DNA of 64,000 bases from Polyangiales bacterium (lineage in GTDB: Bacteria; Myxococcota_A; Polyangia; Polyangiales; Polyangiaceae): assembly GCA_038231275.1 (NCBI GenBank), contig JBBRLQ010000015.1:128001-192000 (forward strand). Reading direction: 5' to 3'. Both the position numbers and the translations under genes were made by a program. Position 1 is the first letter of the stretch. Each line of letters opens with the position of its first letter. The notes below the pieces were generated by a model. It was not told where the DNA came from. It searched no databases and saw only the letters and a program-made list of their open reading frames with translations. Positions 15,808-27,926 of this stretch are shown in pieces.

Positions 15808-17757
15808 ATGCGTTTCACGAAGCAACAGGGATTCACGGCAACGTTCGCGCTAGGCGCTGTTCTCGCCGGCGCCGCGTGCGGCGATGCGGACAGCCCCAAA
15901 CAACAAGGCTACGACGAGTTTGGCGTCTCCGGGTCCGAGCTCGGTGTCGCCGTGCCCACGTGCTCCGGTGGAACCGGCGGCTGGACCTCGACGAACAAGA
16001 CGCTGGCGCTCGCGCTGGTGAACGGCACGTCGAACGTCGTCGTCGTCAACGCGCCAGGCGGCATCCTCAAGGTCAACGGCTACGCGTGCGTGGACACCCA
16101 CGGCACGGTGCTCACCACGACGAACGTGACCAAGATCACGGTCGCCGGCAGCGCGGGCAACGACAAGGTCATCCTCGATACGCTCGCGGGCGGCTTCGGC
16201 GCGATCGTCGCGACGGCGGGCGGCGGCGTCTCGCTGGCGGGCGGCGGCGGCACCGACGCGCTCATGCTCCGCGGCACGGCGGCGGCCGATGCGTACACGA
16301 TGGGCAGCCCCGCCTCGGGCACCGACGTCTACGCCGAGATCACCGGTGACAGGACGGCGGACGTCTACGCGACGGGCTTCGCCTCCGCGACGGTCAGCCT
16401 CGGCGCCAGCAACGACACGTTCACCGGCAACCCGCCGACGGCGGCGGCCTCCGTGATCAGCGGCGCGCGCTTCGTCTCTGCGGTCACGGCGATTCAGCCG
16501 GTCGCGGCGGCGTTCCCGCTCACCGTCTACGGCGGCGACGGCAACGACACGCTCCAGGGCGGAAACGGCGACGACACGCTCTTCGGCGGCGTCGGCGACG
16601 ACACGTTCAAGACGGCCGCAGCGGCGGACGGCGCGGACAAATACTTCGGCGACGCGAACGCTCCCTCGGGCGCGCTCGGCGACACGATGGACTACAGCGC
16701 GCGCAGCATCGCGCTCACCGTCACGCTCGGCCCTGCGCCGACCGGCGGCGCGGCGTACGGCGCGGCGGACGCGAACGACGGCGACGGCGCCGCCAACTCG
16801 GGCGCCGGCGAAAGCGACGACGTCGAGTACTCGGTCGAGAACATCACGGGCGGCTCCGCCGGCGACACGCTGACGGGCAGCACGGCCTCGAACACCATCA
16901 AAGGCGGCCTCGGCAACGACGTCATCAACGGCGGCGCGGCCAACGCATCGTGCGCGGCCGACAAGGACACGCTCCAGGGCGACGACGGCAACGACACCTT
17001 CGACATGACGGCGGCCACCGACTGCGGCGATGTGGTCATGGGCGGCAACGGCATCGACGTCGTCGACTACTCCCAGCGCACCAACGCACTCACGATCACG
17101 CTCGACGTGAACGCGAACGACGGCGAGACGGCCGAGCTCGACAATGTCAAGGACGCCGAGGTCATCGTCGGCGGCGCCGGCAACGACAGCATCACCGGCG
17201 GCACGGGCGACGACGAGCTCCACGGCGGCGCGGGCAACGACGCCCTCGCCGGCGGCGCGGGCAACGACACGCTCGTCGGCGACGACGGCAACGACACCCT
17301 GAACGGCGGTCCCGGCGACGACACGTTCGACGAAGGTCTCGTCGACGCGTACCCGGCGGGCAACGCGGCGGCGGGCTCCCCGCTCCAGAAGGGCCTCGGC
17401 GACGACGTCATCAACGGCGGCGCGGGCACCAACACGGTCGACTACAGCGAGCGCACGGCGGCCCTCACCGTCACGCTCTGCGCCGACGCGAACATCACGG
17501 GCCTCCCGGCCGGCTCCGGCGCCGAGTGCACGGACTTCGACGGCGACCCCGCGCTGACCGAGCACGACAAGGTCACGAACTGCAGCGCGCTCTACGGCGG
17601 CTCCGGCGCGGACACCCTCAGCGGCACCACCACCGACGACTCGCTCTACGGCGGCCTCGGTGACAACGTCCTCGACGGCGCGGGCGGCAGCGACATTTGC
17701 ATCAACGACCCGTCGGTGACCATCACGACGGCTCCCGTGAACTGCGAGATTCTGTAA
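15808..17757 (+). CDS. RTX (hemolysin-type Ca-binding) repeat lipoprotein
   Basis: Lipobox LAGAAC; many GGxGxDxL repeats; GGAGG RBS. Confidence 0.88.
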   Translation: MRFTKQQGFTATFALGAVLAGAACGDADSPKQQGYDEFGVSGSELGVAVPTCSGGTGGWTSTNKTLALALVNGTSNVVVVNAPGGILKVNGYACVDTHGTVLTTTNVTKITVAGSAGNDKVILDTLAGGFGAIVATAGGGVSLAGGGGTDALMLRGTAAADAYTMGSPASGTDVYAEITGDRTADVYATGFASATVSLGASNDTFTGNPPTAAASVISGARFVSAVTAIQPVAAAFPLTVYGGDGNDTLQGGNGDDTLFGGVGDDTFKTAAAADGADKYFGDANAPSGALGDTMDYSARSIALTVTLGPAPTGGAAYGAADANDGDGAANSGAGESDDVEYSVENITGGSAGDTLTGSTASNTIKGGLGNDVINGGAANASCAADKDTLQGDDGNDTFDMTAATDCGDVVMGGNGIDVVDYSQRTNALTITLDVNANDGETAELDNVKDAEVIVGGAGNDSITGGTGDDELHGGAGNDALAGGAGNDTLVGDDGNDTLNGGPGDDTFDEGLVDAYPAGNAAAGSPLQKGLGDDVINGGAGTNTVDYSERTAALTVTLCADANITGLPAGSGAECTDFDGDPALTEHDKVTNCSALYGGSGADTLSGTTTDDSLYGGLGDNVLDGAGGSDICINDPSVTITTAPVNCEIL

Positions 17758-17797
17758 CCGACTCGCGACACACGACCCTCCTCACGGAAGGTCCGGA

Positions 17798-17837
17798 GCG
17801 CGCGCCGCGGGAAACCGCCGGCGCGCGTCGCCGTTTT
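17798..17837 (+). terminator. Stem-loop terminator
   Basis: GCGCGCGCCG...CGGCGCGCGT inverted repeat with a downstream TTTT. Confidence 0.5.
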
Positions 17838-17882
17838 GTGGGCCACCACGGTGACGATGCGTCAGCACGCTGACGCGCATGA

Positions 17883-19583
<1,701 letters not shown>

Positions 19584-19643
19584 ATTCGGCGCGCGGCCTC
19601 GGTTTCACTTGACGCAGGGGCGTAGGACGTCTTCCCTCGCCCC

Positions 19644-20753
19644 ATGCGTCGCGCCGCCCTCCTCGCCGCCTTCTCGCTCTCCGTTCCCCTCTTCGTCCTC
19701 GCCGCATGCGGCGGGAACGAGCCGCAACCGACGACGCCCCCGCCGATCGCCGAGCCGGCGACCCCGACCCCGACGCCGCCGCCCGTGCCGACGGAGACCG
19801 CCAAGGCGCCCGACCCGCCGAAGCCCTCGCTCGCCGAGCTCCAAAAGACGGCGCTCATGTCGGCAGCGATGGGCCTCAACGGCCACGACGCGAAGAAGGT
19901 CGCCGACGCGTACGCCGACGACGCGATCATCAGCGTCGCTGGCCTCAACGATCTCTCGGGCAAGGCGCAGATTCAGTCGAACATGCAGGAGTGGTTCGAC
20001 ACCTTCTCGAAGGTGAAGGTTGGCTGGAGCCGCGTCTGGACGAAGAACGACCTCATGATCCTCGAGTGGGTCTTGAACGGCACCCACACCGGCGAGCTCT
20101 TCGGCGTGAAGGGGACCGATCAGCCGATCGGCCACCTCGGGCTCAGCATTCTCACGTTCGATCAGGACGGACGCGTGAAGTCCGAGCACCGCTACGGCGA
20201 TCTCGGCACCGTCATGGGCCAAGTCACCGGCAAAGGGGCCAAGCCGATCCCGCAGGTGCCGGCCGCACCCGAGATGGTCGCGTCGACCGGCGCGCCCGAC
20301 GAGGACGGCAAGGCCGAGGCCGCCAAGAGCGTGTACGCCGCGCTCGAGAAGAAGTCCGAGGCCGACTTCCTCGGCAAGCTCTCCGACGACATCGAGTACG
20401 AAGGCCACCTCGGCACCGTGAAGGGCAAGGCCGACGCGAAGAAGTTCTTCGGCGCGTTCACCAAGGCCTTCCCCGACGCAAAGTTCGAGGTCGCGCAGGC
20501 TTGGGGCGTGGGCGACTACGCGATCGTCGAGTACACGCTGCGCGCGACGCACAAGGCGCCGATCATGGGTATGGCGGCGACGAACCGGAAGGTCATCGTC
20601 CACGCGGTCGACGTCTACAAGACGAAGGACGGCAAGGTCGTCCGCGCGCAGACGTACTCGAACGGCCTCGAGCTCATGATCCAGCTCGGCCCCGGCAACG
20701 ACGTGAAGCTGCAGACGACGCCGGCTGGAGCTCCTGCAGCGCCCAAGAAGTAA
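19644..20753 (+). CDS. Lipoprotein with tandem SnoaL-like/ester cyclase (NTF2-fold) domains
   Basis: Lipobox LAAC, Pro-rich linker, GTHTGELFG and AFPDAKFEV...ATHKAPIMGMAATNRKV. Confidence 0.8.
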   Translation: MRRAALLAAFSLSVPLFVLAACGGNEPQPTTPPPIAEPATPTPTPPPVPTETAKAPDPPKPSLAELQKTALMSAAMGLNGHDAKKVADAYADDAIISVAGLNDLSGKAQIQSNMQEWFDTFSKVKVGWSRVWTKNDLMILEWVLNGTHTGELFGVKGTDQPIGHLGLSILTFDQDGRVKSEHRYGDLGTVMGQVTGKGAKPIPQVPAAPEMVASTGAPDEDGKAEAAKSVYAALEKKSEADFLGKLSDDIEYEGHLGTVKGKADAKKFFGAFTKAFPDAKFEVAQAWGVGDYAIVEYTLRATHKAPIMGMAATNRKVIVHAVDVYKTKDGKVVRAQTYSNGLELMIQLGPGNDVKLQTTPAGAPAAPKK

Positions 20754-20759
20754 CGCGCG

Positions 20760-21095
20760 CTACTGCGCCGGCATGAAGGCGAGCGCGACGTACTGCGGTA
20801 CGCCGCGCATCACCGGGCCTTGCTCGTGCTGGAACGGCACGCCGAGGTACGGCGCCCACGTCTGCGGATGATGCACCGTCGTGGCGCACCCGCACGACGA
20901 GCAACGGATCTGGTAGCGCTCCTGGAGCGTGAAGCCGTCGGGACGCGCCGGAGAGAGCGCGCTGCCCTCGGTCTGGTAGAGGCGAAAGGTCAGCTGCCAC
21001 GCCTCGCGCTGGCAGAGCTTGCACGGAAGGTAGAAGCACCCGATGCGGTGCTCCCACGTCGTCTTCTCTTTCGACAGAAGGAAGTACCAGAGCAT
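20760..21095 (-). CDS. Hypothetical zinc-ribbon protein
   Basis: CKLC and CSSC pairs. Confidence 0.55.
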   Translation of the reverse strand: MLWYFLLSKEKTTWEHRIGCFYLPCKLCQREAWQLTFRLYQTEGSALSPARPDGFTLQERYQIRCSSCGCATTVHHPQTWAPYLGVPFQHEQGPVMRGVPQYVALAFMPAQ

Positions 21096-21235
21096 TCCGG
21101 GCGCCACGATACTCGGCGCGTGGAGGGCGCGCCACACTGGTGCGCGGCGGATACACGCCATTTGTCGGAAAAATGGGCAGTTTCGTGCGATCGCCGGCGA
21201 ACGCGCGTGGCCCGTTCGTTGCTCTAGACCTCCTC

Positions 21236-22327
21236 ATGAGGAGTCGATTCTCTGCGGTGGTGTGCGGCGCGGGTGCCGCCGGCGCGATGCACGCGCTCGT
21301 GCTCCGAACGGCCGGCGTCCAGATTCGCGGCGTGTTCGACCCCGATCCCGGCCGCGCGCGCGCGCTGGCGGAGATGCACGGCGCCGAAGTGTTCGCGAGC
21401 GAGGAGGCGCTCTTTCGGTGCGACGCGAACATCGTCTGCGTGACGAGCCCTCCGCCGCTCCACGTCGCGCAGGCCGAGCACGCGGCGCGAGCGTGGTCCT
21501 CCTCGTCGGCGGCGGCGTCGCGGCCGACGGCGGAGCGGATCCTCTTCGTCGAGAAGCCGCTCGCGACGACGCGTGAAGAGCTGACGCGCCTCCTCGAGGT
21601 GCCAGGGTGCGTGCCGATCGTGCAATGGCGCGCGGGACGAGCGCTGCGGGCAGTGCGCGCGGCGATCGCGCAGGGCGAGCTCGGACCGGCGCCGTCGGTG
21701 AGCGCGGATCTCGCGTGGAGCCGCGACGAGGCGTACTTCGCAGCCGGACGCGGCACGCTCGCGCAGTGGGGATGCGGCGTGCTCTTGTCGGTGGGCGTCC
21801 ACGCGATCGACGCGATCGGATGGGCCATGGGACGGCGATTCCGCGCGGCGCACGGCGTCCTCGAGCGCGCGGGGACAGGAGCGGCCACCGAGATCGAGAC
21901 GCGCGCGGCCATGCTCATGGTGTTCGAAGGCGGCGGCCTCGCGTCGGTGCGCGCGACGTTCGACGCTGGACCTGACGCGACGTGCCTCTCGTTCGCGGGC
22001 GGCGGCGTGACCGCGACGATCCGCGGCGGCGAGCTCGATCCTACCGCGAGCTCCGTCGAGTGGGCATGCGCGGACAACGCCCGCCTGACGCGACTGCGTG
22101 CGCTCGAATCGGGCGCGAGCGGCGCGACAGCGCCTCCGCTCCTCGTGCCGTTCCTGATGGACGCCGTCGCGGCGCTCGCGGCCGGCGCCGCCCCCGGCGC
22201 GTGCGACGCGCTCCCCGGCGTGCGCGACGTATGGGACGCGCACGCGGCGATCCTCGACGTCTACGCGATGTCCGCCTCCGCGGCGGTGACGTCGGTAGGT
22301 GTTCGCCCATCCTCTGCAAGTCGATGA
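21236..22327 (+). CDS. Gfo/Idh/MocA family oxidoreductase
   Basis: Rossmann GAGAAG, SPPPLH, VEKPLA and GVHAID motifs. Confidence 0.85.
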   Translation: MRSRFSAVVCGAGAAGAMHALVLRTAGVQIRGVFDPDPGRARALAEMHGAEVFASEEALFRCDANIVCVTSPPPLHVAQAEHAARAWSSSSAAASRPTAERILFVEKPLATTREELTRLLEVPGCVPIVQWRAGRALRAVRAAIAQGELGPAPSVSADLAWSRDEAYFAAGRGTLAQWGCGVLLSVGVHAIDAIGWAMGRRFRAAHGVLERAGTGAATEIETRAAMLMVFEGGGLASVRATFDAGPDATCLSFAGGGVTATIRGGELDPTASSVEWACADNARLTRLRALESGASGATAPPLLVPFLMDAVAALAAGAAPGACDALPGVRDVWDAHAAILDVYAMSASAAVTSVGVRPSSASR

Positions 22328-22425
22328 GACCGCGGCGCAGGGGCTCGTCCTTCGGAGGGCGGCAGTTCCTGTCTAAGCGCTGACGATCACGTTCGACGCG
22401 TCGCTCGCGGCCCTCTCTCGCGCGG

Positions 22426-23445
22426 CTATCGGGTGATCCTGAGGAGCCGCGTCGCTCCGCTCGCTTCATGGATCGTCGCGACGAACGCGAAGGGGCCGTC
22501 CACCCCGACGCTGGTGGGGGTCTCGCCAGGGAGCGTCACACGCACCACCGCGCCGCCGCTCGGCCGCAGCGCTAGGCGCGCGCCTTGCGGCTCCGTCCAC
22601 GCGACGCCGATCGCGTCCACCGCGAGGTGTGCCTCGCCGACCCGCGCGCGTGCCTCGCCGAGCGACTCGACGGCGCCTCCGCGCACGTCCGCCCGCCACA
22701 CCTTCTCGCCGCCAATCCAGTACACCCAGCGATCGAAGAACACGAGCGGCCCGCGCGCGGCGTCGGCCCTCCCGAGCACGCGACGCGTCCCGGCTTCGTC
22801 CCGCGTGACGAGGCGCCCGTCGGGAGGGTTCGCGTAGGAATCCGCTTCGATCCAGAGGACGCGACCATGAAGCGCGCCCACGTCCTCCACGTCGTCCTCA
22901 GCGAGCGCCGCGATTTCGACGCTGCCGCCGCCCGACGGCACGCGGAGAATGCGTCGTTTGTCTGCAATATACACATATCCACCGTCGGCGGCGATCGCGC
23001 GAGGCGGGGGACCGGGATTCATTGCGGCGAGGACGCGCGTGGAGCCGCCGTCCTTCGGGACCGCGAGGACGCGCGCGCAGTCCGGAACGTGCGCGCCGCC
23101 GGCGGCATACGCGACGTCCCCTTCGCAGGGGCGCGCCTCGACGACGTACACACGGCCCGCGTCGGAGGCGATGAGCGTGGGCGAAACACCGCCGAGCGGC
23201 GCGTCGTAGAGCGTCGATGCGTCGCTGCCGGTATGGCTCGCGCGCACGACGCCGTGCCACGTCGCGAGGAAGACATGGGACGCATCGACCGCCACCGCCG
23301 CCGCACCACGCTCGGGAAGAACGAGCAGCGTCGCGACGTCGCCATGCGCGCGCGGGGTCTCGCTCGGTCTCCCCATGCACGCGCCGAGCATCGCGCTCAG
23401 CGCGCTCAGCGCGATTGCCGACGCGACGCGACGGAACCGCGTCAC
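22426..23445 (-). CDS. Putative beta-propeller lipoprotein
   Basis: Lipobox LGAC; repeated AVDASHVF / IAADGGYVY / RVPxxGG blades. Confidence 0.65.
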   Translation of the reverse strand: MTRFRRVASAIALSALSAMLGACMGRPSETPRAHGDVATLLVLPERGAAAVAVDASHVFLATWHGVVRASHTGSDASTLYDAPLGGVSPTLIASDAGRVYVVEARPCEGDVAYAAGGAHVPDCARVLAVPKDGGSTRVLAAMNPGPPPRAIAADGGYVYIADKRRILRVPSGGGSVEIAALAEDDVEDVGALHGRVLWIEADSYANPPDGRLVTRDEAGTRRVLGRADAARGPLVFFDRWVYWIGGEKVWRADVRGGAVESLGEARARVGEAHLAVDAIGVAWTEPQGARLALRPSGGAVVRVTLPGETPTSVGVDGPFAFVATIHEASGATRLLRITR

Positions 23446-23936
23446 GGGACCTCGACGCGCACGCGCACGTCGGGGCGGAGCTTCAGTGTGCCGAGCATCG
23501 CGCGGTACGGTGTGATGCCGAAGTCCGGTTGATGGAGCGTGATCTCGGCCACGCGAAGCTCGCCTTCCTGGCGCGTCGTGAACGAGATGGAGCGCGTGAC
23601 CCCGTGCAGCGTCAGATCGCCGCGCACGAGGAAGCCATCGCCGGCGCGCTCAACGGAGGTCGAGACGAAGCGGATCTCCGGGAAGCGCGACGCGTGGAGG
23701 ACCTCCTCCGCGATCGTGGCCTCGATCTTCTTGCGGTCGCTGGCCGAGAGCGCAGATGGGTCGTCCTTGCCATGCTTTCGTGCGCACACCACGCGCAGCG
23801 AGCGCGCGTCGAACGTCGCCTCCACCTTGTCGTCCCCATCGCAGCGCACGTCGTGGCGCTCGACCGAAATCCTGAGATCGTGCGCGATCGCGGAAAGGAG
23901 GCCGTCCTTGAAGGTGAAGACCGTGCACGCGCTCAC
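23442..23936 (-). CDS. YceI family protein
   Basis: FPEIRFVST, GDLTLHGVTR and DFGI motifs. Confidence 0.85.
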   Translation of the reverse strand: MSACTVFTFKDGLLSAIAHDLRISVERHDVRCDGDDKVEATFDARSLRVVCARKHGKDDPSALSASDRKKIEATIAEEVLHASRFPEIRFVSTSVERAGDGFLVRGDLTLHGVTRSISFTTRQEGELRVAEITLHQPDFGITPYRAMLGTLKLRPDVRVRVEVP

Positions 23937-23945
23937 GGATGTATT

Positions 23946-24833
23946 TTACCTCACCGGCGTAGCGACCGGCGGAAACAGCCTCCGGAACGCCCGCGGCGAC
24001 GACGCGCGGTAAATCGTGTCGTGGTGCTCGGATGGCATCGGCTCGAAGAACCACGTGAGGCCAGGCGGTGCGTCCGTCTTCAGCACACCGGCGAACGCCG
24101 CGATCGCGTCGTTGCGATCGTCGTCGCCGGCCACCGTGAGGAACAAGGTCCGTGCCGGTCTGCCGGGTCCCTTCAACGACGTCGCCGCCCTGCGCACGAG
24201 CTCGCGATCGTTCCACCAGAGGCTGGGGCTGATCGCGATGTACGTGTCGAAGAGCTGCGGCTCGTGTAGGAACGTCTCGACGACGAAGAGGCCCGCGAGA
24301 GACTCGCCGACGATCGCGGTCGTGCCGTCCCCGCGGACCCGGCCGCGCATGGTGGGCATCAGCTCGTCGCGGATGAACGCGCGAAAGTTGGCGGAGCCGC
24401 CGACGCGCGGGGCGATTTTTCGATCGGACTCGACCTGCGTCGGGCCGGTCATGTCGCGCCGGCGCTCCGTGTTCTCGATGCCGACGACGATGACACCGCG
24501 CATGGCGTGCGCGCGCACCGCCGCGTCGATGGTCTCGGTCACGTGAGGAAAGTCCTCCTGCTCACCGCCGTCCGGCATGTAGACGATCGGGAAGGAGGCA
24601 CCCGGCGCGTCCGCGTAGCCCGGCGGCGTGTAGACGTTGATCCGGCGAGCTTCGCCCAGCACCTTCGAGACGAGTGTGAACGTCTCGTGCGTCACGCCCG
24701 CGTCGGGCAGAGGAAGCGGAGCGGCGACCCGAGGAGGCGTGGGTGCCGTCGTTTCGCACGCGAGCGCAGGGAGCAGAGCAAGCAGCAGAGCAAGCAGCAG
24801 GGTGACCAACAGCACGCGTGAGGTCCGGTCCAT
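23946..24833 (-). CDS. Alpha/beta hydrolase (IroE/BesA-like esterase)
   Basis: GESLAGLF nucleophile motif, ISPSLWW and RRRDMT. Confidence 0.88.
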   Translation of the reverse strand: MDRTSRVLLVTLLLALLLALLPALACETTAPTPPRVAAPLPLPDAGVTHETFTLVSKVLGEARRINVYTPPGYADAPGASFPIVYMPDGGEQEDFPHVTETIDAAVRAHAMRGVIVVGIENTERRRDMTGPTQVESDRKIAPRVGGSANFRAFIRDELMPTMRGRVRGDGTTAIVGESLAGLFVVETFLHEPQLFDTYIAISPSLWWNDRELVRRAATSLKGPGRPARTLFLTVAGDDDRNDAIAAFAGVLKTDAPPGLTWFFEPMPSEHHDTIYRASSPRAFRRLFPPVATPVR

Positions 24834-24965
24834 TTTCCCGGCGAGTCTACTCGACCTCAAGCGATCGCCGTCGCACGTGGCACCACATCCGTTGCGTCCC
24901 GCCCGACAAGGGGGAAAATGCAGCTACCCCGCGCGCGTGTAGTGTGCCAATCCTCACGGAGCCCC

Positions 24966-26336
24966 ATGACCTCGAAGAACCTCCTTTTTGCGCTTTTGCT
25001 GGTGTTGCCGTCGTGCAGCTCGTCCAAGTCCACCACTCCGGCCACGCCGGCGGACGACGGCGGGACGATCCCTCCGGTCGACGCGGGAGCCGACGCCGCC
25101 ACCGATCCGTGCGCGGGCGCGACCGGTCCTTGCAAGGTCTTCGCGGCTGGCGCCAAGGAGAGCGACATCGCCAACGCCATCGCGACCGCCACGACGGGCA
25201 GCACCTTCGTCTTCGGCGCCGGGCTGTTCGCGTTCACCAACACGCTCACGTTCACGGCGAAGAACGTGACGGTGATGGGCGCCGGGATGGAACAGACCAT
25301 CTTCGACTTCAAGGGCCTCGTCTCCGGCTCGAGCGGCACCGGCGTCGACGTCCTCGACGGCTCCGACGGCTTCACGATCAAGAACCTCGCGGTGCGCGAC
25401 ACGTTCAAGAACGGCATCAAGGTGAAGGGCTCGACCGGCGTAACCTTCCAGGGCGTCAAAGTCTCGTGGACCAACCCCGACGCGAAGACCCACGGCGACT
25501 ACGCGCTCTACCCGGTCTTCTGCAAGAAGGTGCTCGTCGAGAACTGCGACATCTCCGGCTCGTCCGACGCCGGAATCTACGTCGGCCAATCGCAGACGAT
25601 CATCGTGCGCAACAACGTGTCGCACGACAACGTCGCCGGCATCGAGATCGAGAACTCGTACGACGCCGAGGTCTACAAGAACACCGCCAAGAACAACACG
25701 GGCGGCCTCCTCGTGTTCGATCTCCCGGGCAGCGGCAACCAGCACGACGGGCACAACGTCCACGTGCACGACAACATCGTCGACTCGAACAACACGCAGA
25801 ACTTCAACGCCACCGGCAGCACCGTCGCGCAGGTTCCGGCGGGCACCGGCACGTTCGTGCTCGGCACGCGCGACGTCGAGATCGACCACAACACGTTCAC
25901 CAACAACGGGACGACGCCGTTCTCGGTGGTCAGCTACTACGTCTCGAGCCCGAGCTGGACGCAGTCGCAGGATCCGCTCTACCACCCGGTGTCGAAGCGC
26001 GTGTACTTCCACGACAACACGATGACCGGGAATGGGAAGGACGCCGATCTCACGACGCAGCTGGGCCTCCTGTTGTCGTCGGGGCGCTCGGTGTACCCGC
26101 ACGGGAACGTGCCGGAGGTCCTCGTCGATGGAATCTCCGATCCGAACGACGTCGTCCCCAGCGCGCCGGCCGGCAACCCGACGTACGTGTGCCTCGGGAA
26201 CAACGGGACCGTCGACTTCGCGAACCTCCATTTCGACCAGCTCAAGCCGGACGGGTCGAATTTCGCGCAGGGTCTGACGTTCGACGCGACGGCCTACAAC
26301 TGCACGCTCCCGGCGCTCCCCGCCGTGACCTTCTAG
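24966..26336 (+). CDS. Parallel beta-helix repeat lipoprotein (SO2930-associated type)
   Basis: YALYPV, GSSDAGIYVGQS, NVAGIEIENS and NNTGGLLVFDLP. Confidence 0.85.
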   Translation: MTSKNLLFALLLVLPSCSSSKSTTPATPADDGGTIPPVDAGADAATDPCAGATGPCKVFAAGAKESDIANAIATATTGSTFVFGAGLFAFTNTLTFTAKNVTVMGAGMEQTIFDFKGLVSGSSGTGVDVLDGSDGFTIKNLAVRDTFKNGIKVKGSTGVTFQGVKVSWTNPDAKTHGDYALYPVFCKKVLVENCDISGSSDAGIYVGQSQTIIVRNNVSHDNVAGIEIENSYDAEVYKNTAKNNTGGLLVFDLPGSGNQHDGHNVHVHDNIVDSNNTQNFNATGSTVAQVPAGTGTFVLGTRDVEIDHNTFTNNGTTPFSVVSYYVSSPSWTQSQDPLYHPVSKRVYFHDNTMTGNGKDADLTTQLGLLLSSGRSVYPHGNVPEVLVDGISDPNDVVPSAPAGNPTYVCLGNNGTVDFANLHFDQLKPDGSNFAQGLTFDATAYNCTLPALPAVTF

Positions 26337-26345
26337 AGGAGTCCC

Positions 26346-27512
26346 GTGCGAAAGGAAGCGGCGCTCTTCGGCGTGCTCGCGCTCGCGGCGTGCGGCGGCT
26401 CGCTCTCGATTCGGCTGCCGGACGGAGACGACGGCGGCGCGGATTCGGGTGGGCCTTCGCTGCCGACGCCGCAGCCTCACGCGATCACGCCGGGCTGTAC
26501 GCCAGGCGGCGACGGCTCGTACCTGACGACGCCGTACCCGACGCTCGACGCGTATTGCATAGTCTCGCTCGTGAACGGCACTCCGACCTACGGCTCGGGC
26601 ATCGTGCCGTATGATCTGAACACCCCGCTCTTCAGCGACTACGCGGTGAAGCGCCGCGCGGTGTACTTGCCGCCCGGGAAGACGGCGACGTACAGCGCGA
26701 ACGAGATCTTCGAGTTCCCGGTCGGCACCGTGCTCATCAAATCGTTCGGCTTCCCCGACGACGCGCGAAAGGCCGCGCCGATCATGAAGTGGATCGAGAC
26801 GCGCCTCATCGTGCGCGTCGAGGGCGGCTGGAAGGCGTACGCGTACCTCTGGGACGACGCGCAGCAGGTGGCGACCTACAACCCGGGCGGCCGCGCGCTG
26901 CAGGTGTCGTGGATCGACGCGACCGGGACGAAGAAGGAGCACGGGTACCTGCAGCCGTCGCAGACGCAGTGCCAGCAGTGCCACGAGGACAGCGGCACCG
27001 TCACGCCGATCGGCCCCAAGGCGCGCAACTTGAACCGCGACTTCGCGTACGGCGACAAGACCGAGAACCAGCTCGCGCGCTGGACGAGCGCCAAGATCCT
27101 GACCGGCGCGCCCTCCGATCCGACGACCGCGCCAAAGCTCGCGGTGTGGGACGACGTCGCGCACTTCGCAGTGGATCAACGCGCCCGCGCGTACCTCGAA
27201 GTGAACTGCGCGCACTGCCATGACGCGGTCGGCTCCGCGAGCACGAGCGGCCTCTTCTTGTGGGCGAGCGAGACCGATCCGACGCGCTACGGCGTGTGTA
27301 AGGAGCCGCTGTCCGCGGGCGGGAGCGTCGGCGCGCGTACGTGGGACGTGGTGCCGGGCGATCCCGACGCGTCGATTCTCTGGTTCCGAATGGCGGCCAC
27401 GCAGCCGGGCATCGCGATGCCGCAGATCAGCCGCGACGTCGTCGACAAAGAGGCCGTCGCCCTCATCCGCGACTGGATCACTGGCCTCCCGAAGGCCCCC
27501 TGCAACAAATAG
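26346..27512 (+). CDS. SO2930-family diheme c-type cytochrome lipoprotein
   Basis: PYDLNTPLFSDYAVKRR, FPVGTVLIKSF, ETRL, CQQCH and NCAHCH. Confidence 0.88.
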   Translation: MRKEAALFGVLALAACGGSLSIRLPDGDDGGADSGGPSLPTPQPHAITPGCTPGGDGSYLTTPYPTLDAYCIVSLVNGTPTYGSGIVPYDLNTPLFSDYAVKRRAVYLPPGKTATYSANEIFEFPVGTVLIKSFGFPDDARKAAPIMKWIETRLIVRVEGGWKAYAYLWDDAQQVATYNPGGRALQVSWIDATGTKKEHGYLQPSQTQCQQCHEDSGTVTPIGPKARNLNRDFAYGDKTENQLARWTSAKILTGAPSDPTTAPKLAVWDDVAHFAVDQRARAYLEVNCAHCHDAVGSASTSGLFLWASETDPTRYGVCKEPLSAGGSVGARTWDVVPGDPDASILWFRMAATQPGIAMPQISRDVVDKEAVALIRDWITGLPKAPCNK

Positions 27513-27556
27513 CGAGCGCGTTGCACCGGCACCGAAGTGCGCTATCTGTTCGCCTC

Positions 27557-27871
27557 ATGAAGCTGAACCCGTCCTGGTCCCGCCTCCTCGAGAGCTACAA
27601 GCTCGATCACCAGAACCCCAAGAACCAGGCGTGCCACAAGGTCGGGATCCCGATGATCGCCGCGTCGATCCCGCTTGCGTTCACCGTCGTCGGCCTGCCG
27701 CTCGCGGCCGGGCTCTTCTCGGTCGGGTGGACGTTCCAGTTCGTCGGCCACGCGTTCGAGGGCAAGAAGCCGTCGTTCGTCGAGGACAAGCGCGCCCTCG
27801 TCATCGGGCTCATGTGGTGGGCCGAGAAATCGGGCCTCCTCGAGCTCGAGACCACCGCCGCCGCCGCGTAA
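27557..27871 (+). CDS. Mpo1-like (DUF962) membrane protein
   Basis: DHQNPKNQACHKVGIP and QFVGHAFEGKKPSF. Confidence 0.85.
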   Translation: MKLNPSWSRLLESYKLDHQNPKNQACHKVGIPMIAASIPLAFTVVGLPLAAGLFSVGWTFQFVGHAFEGKKPSFVEDKRALVIGLMWWAEKSGLLELETTAAAA

Positions 27872-27926
27872 TCCCTGGGGTTTTCGGTTCGCGAAATTTC
27901 AGAGGGCGAGCGCCGACTCGTACCTT

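Noticed and set aside
24954..27221. Very long antisense or alternative-frame ORFs (also 35497-37770, 48524-50488, 15850-17565 and others)
   Set aside because: They are Arg/Ala/Gly-rich shadow ORFs expected from high-GC codon bias opposite real genes.
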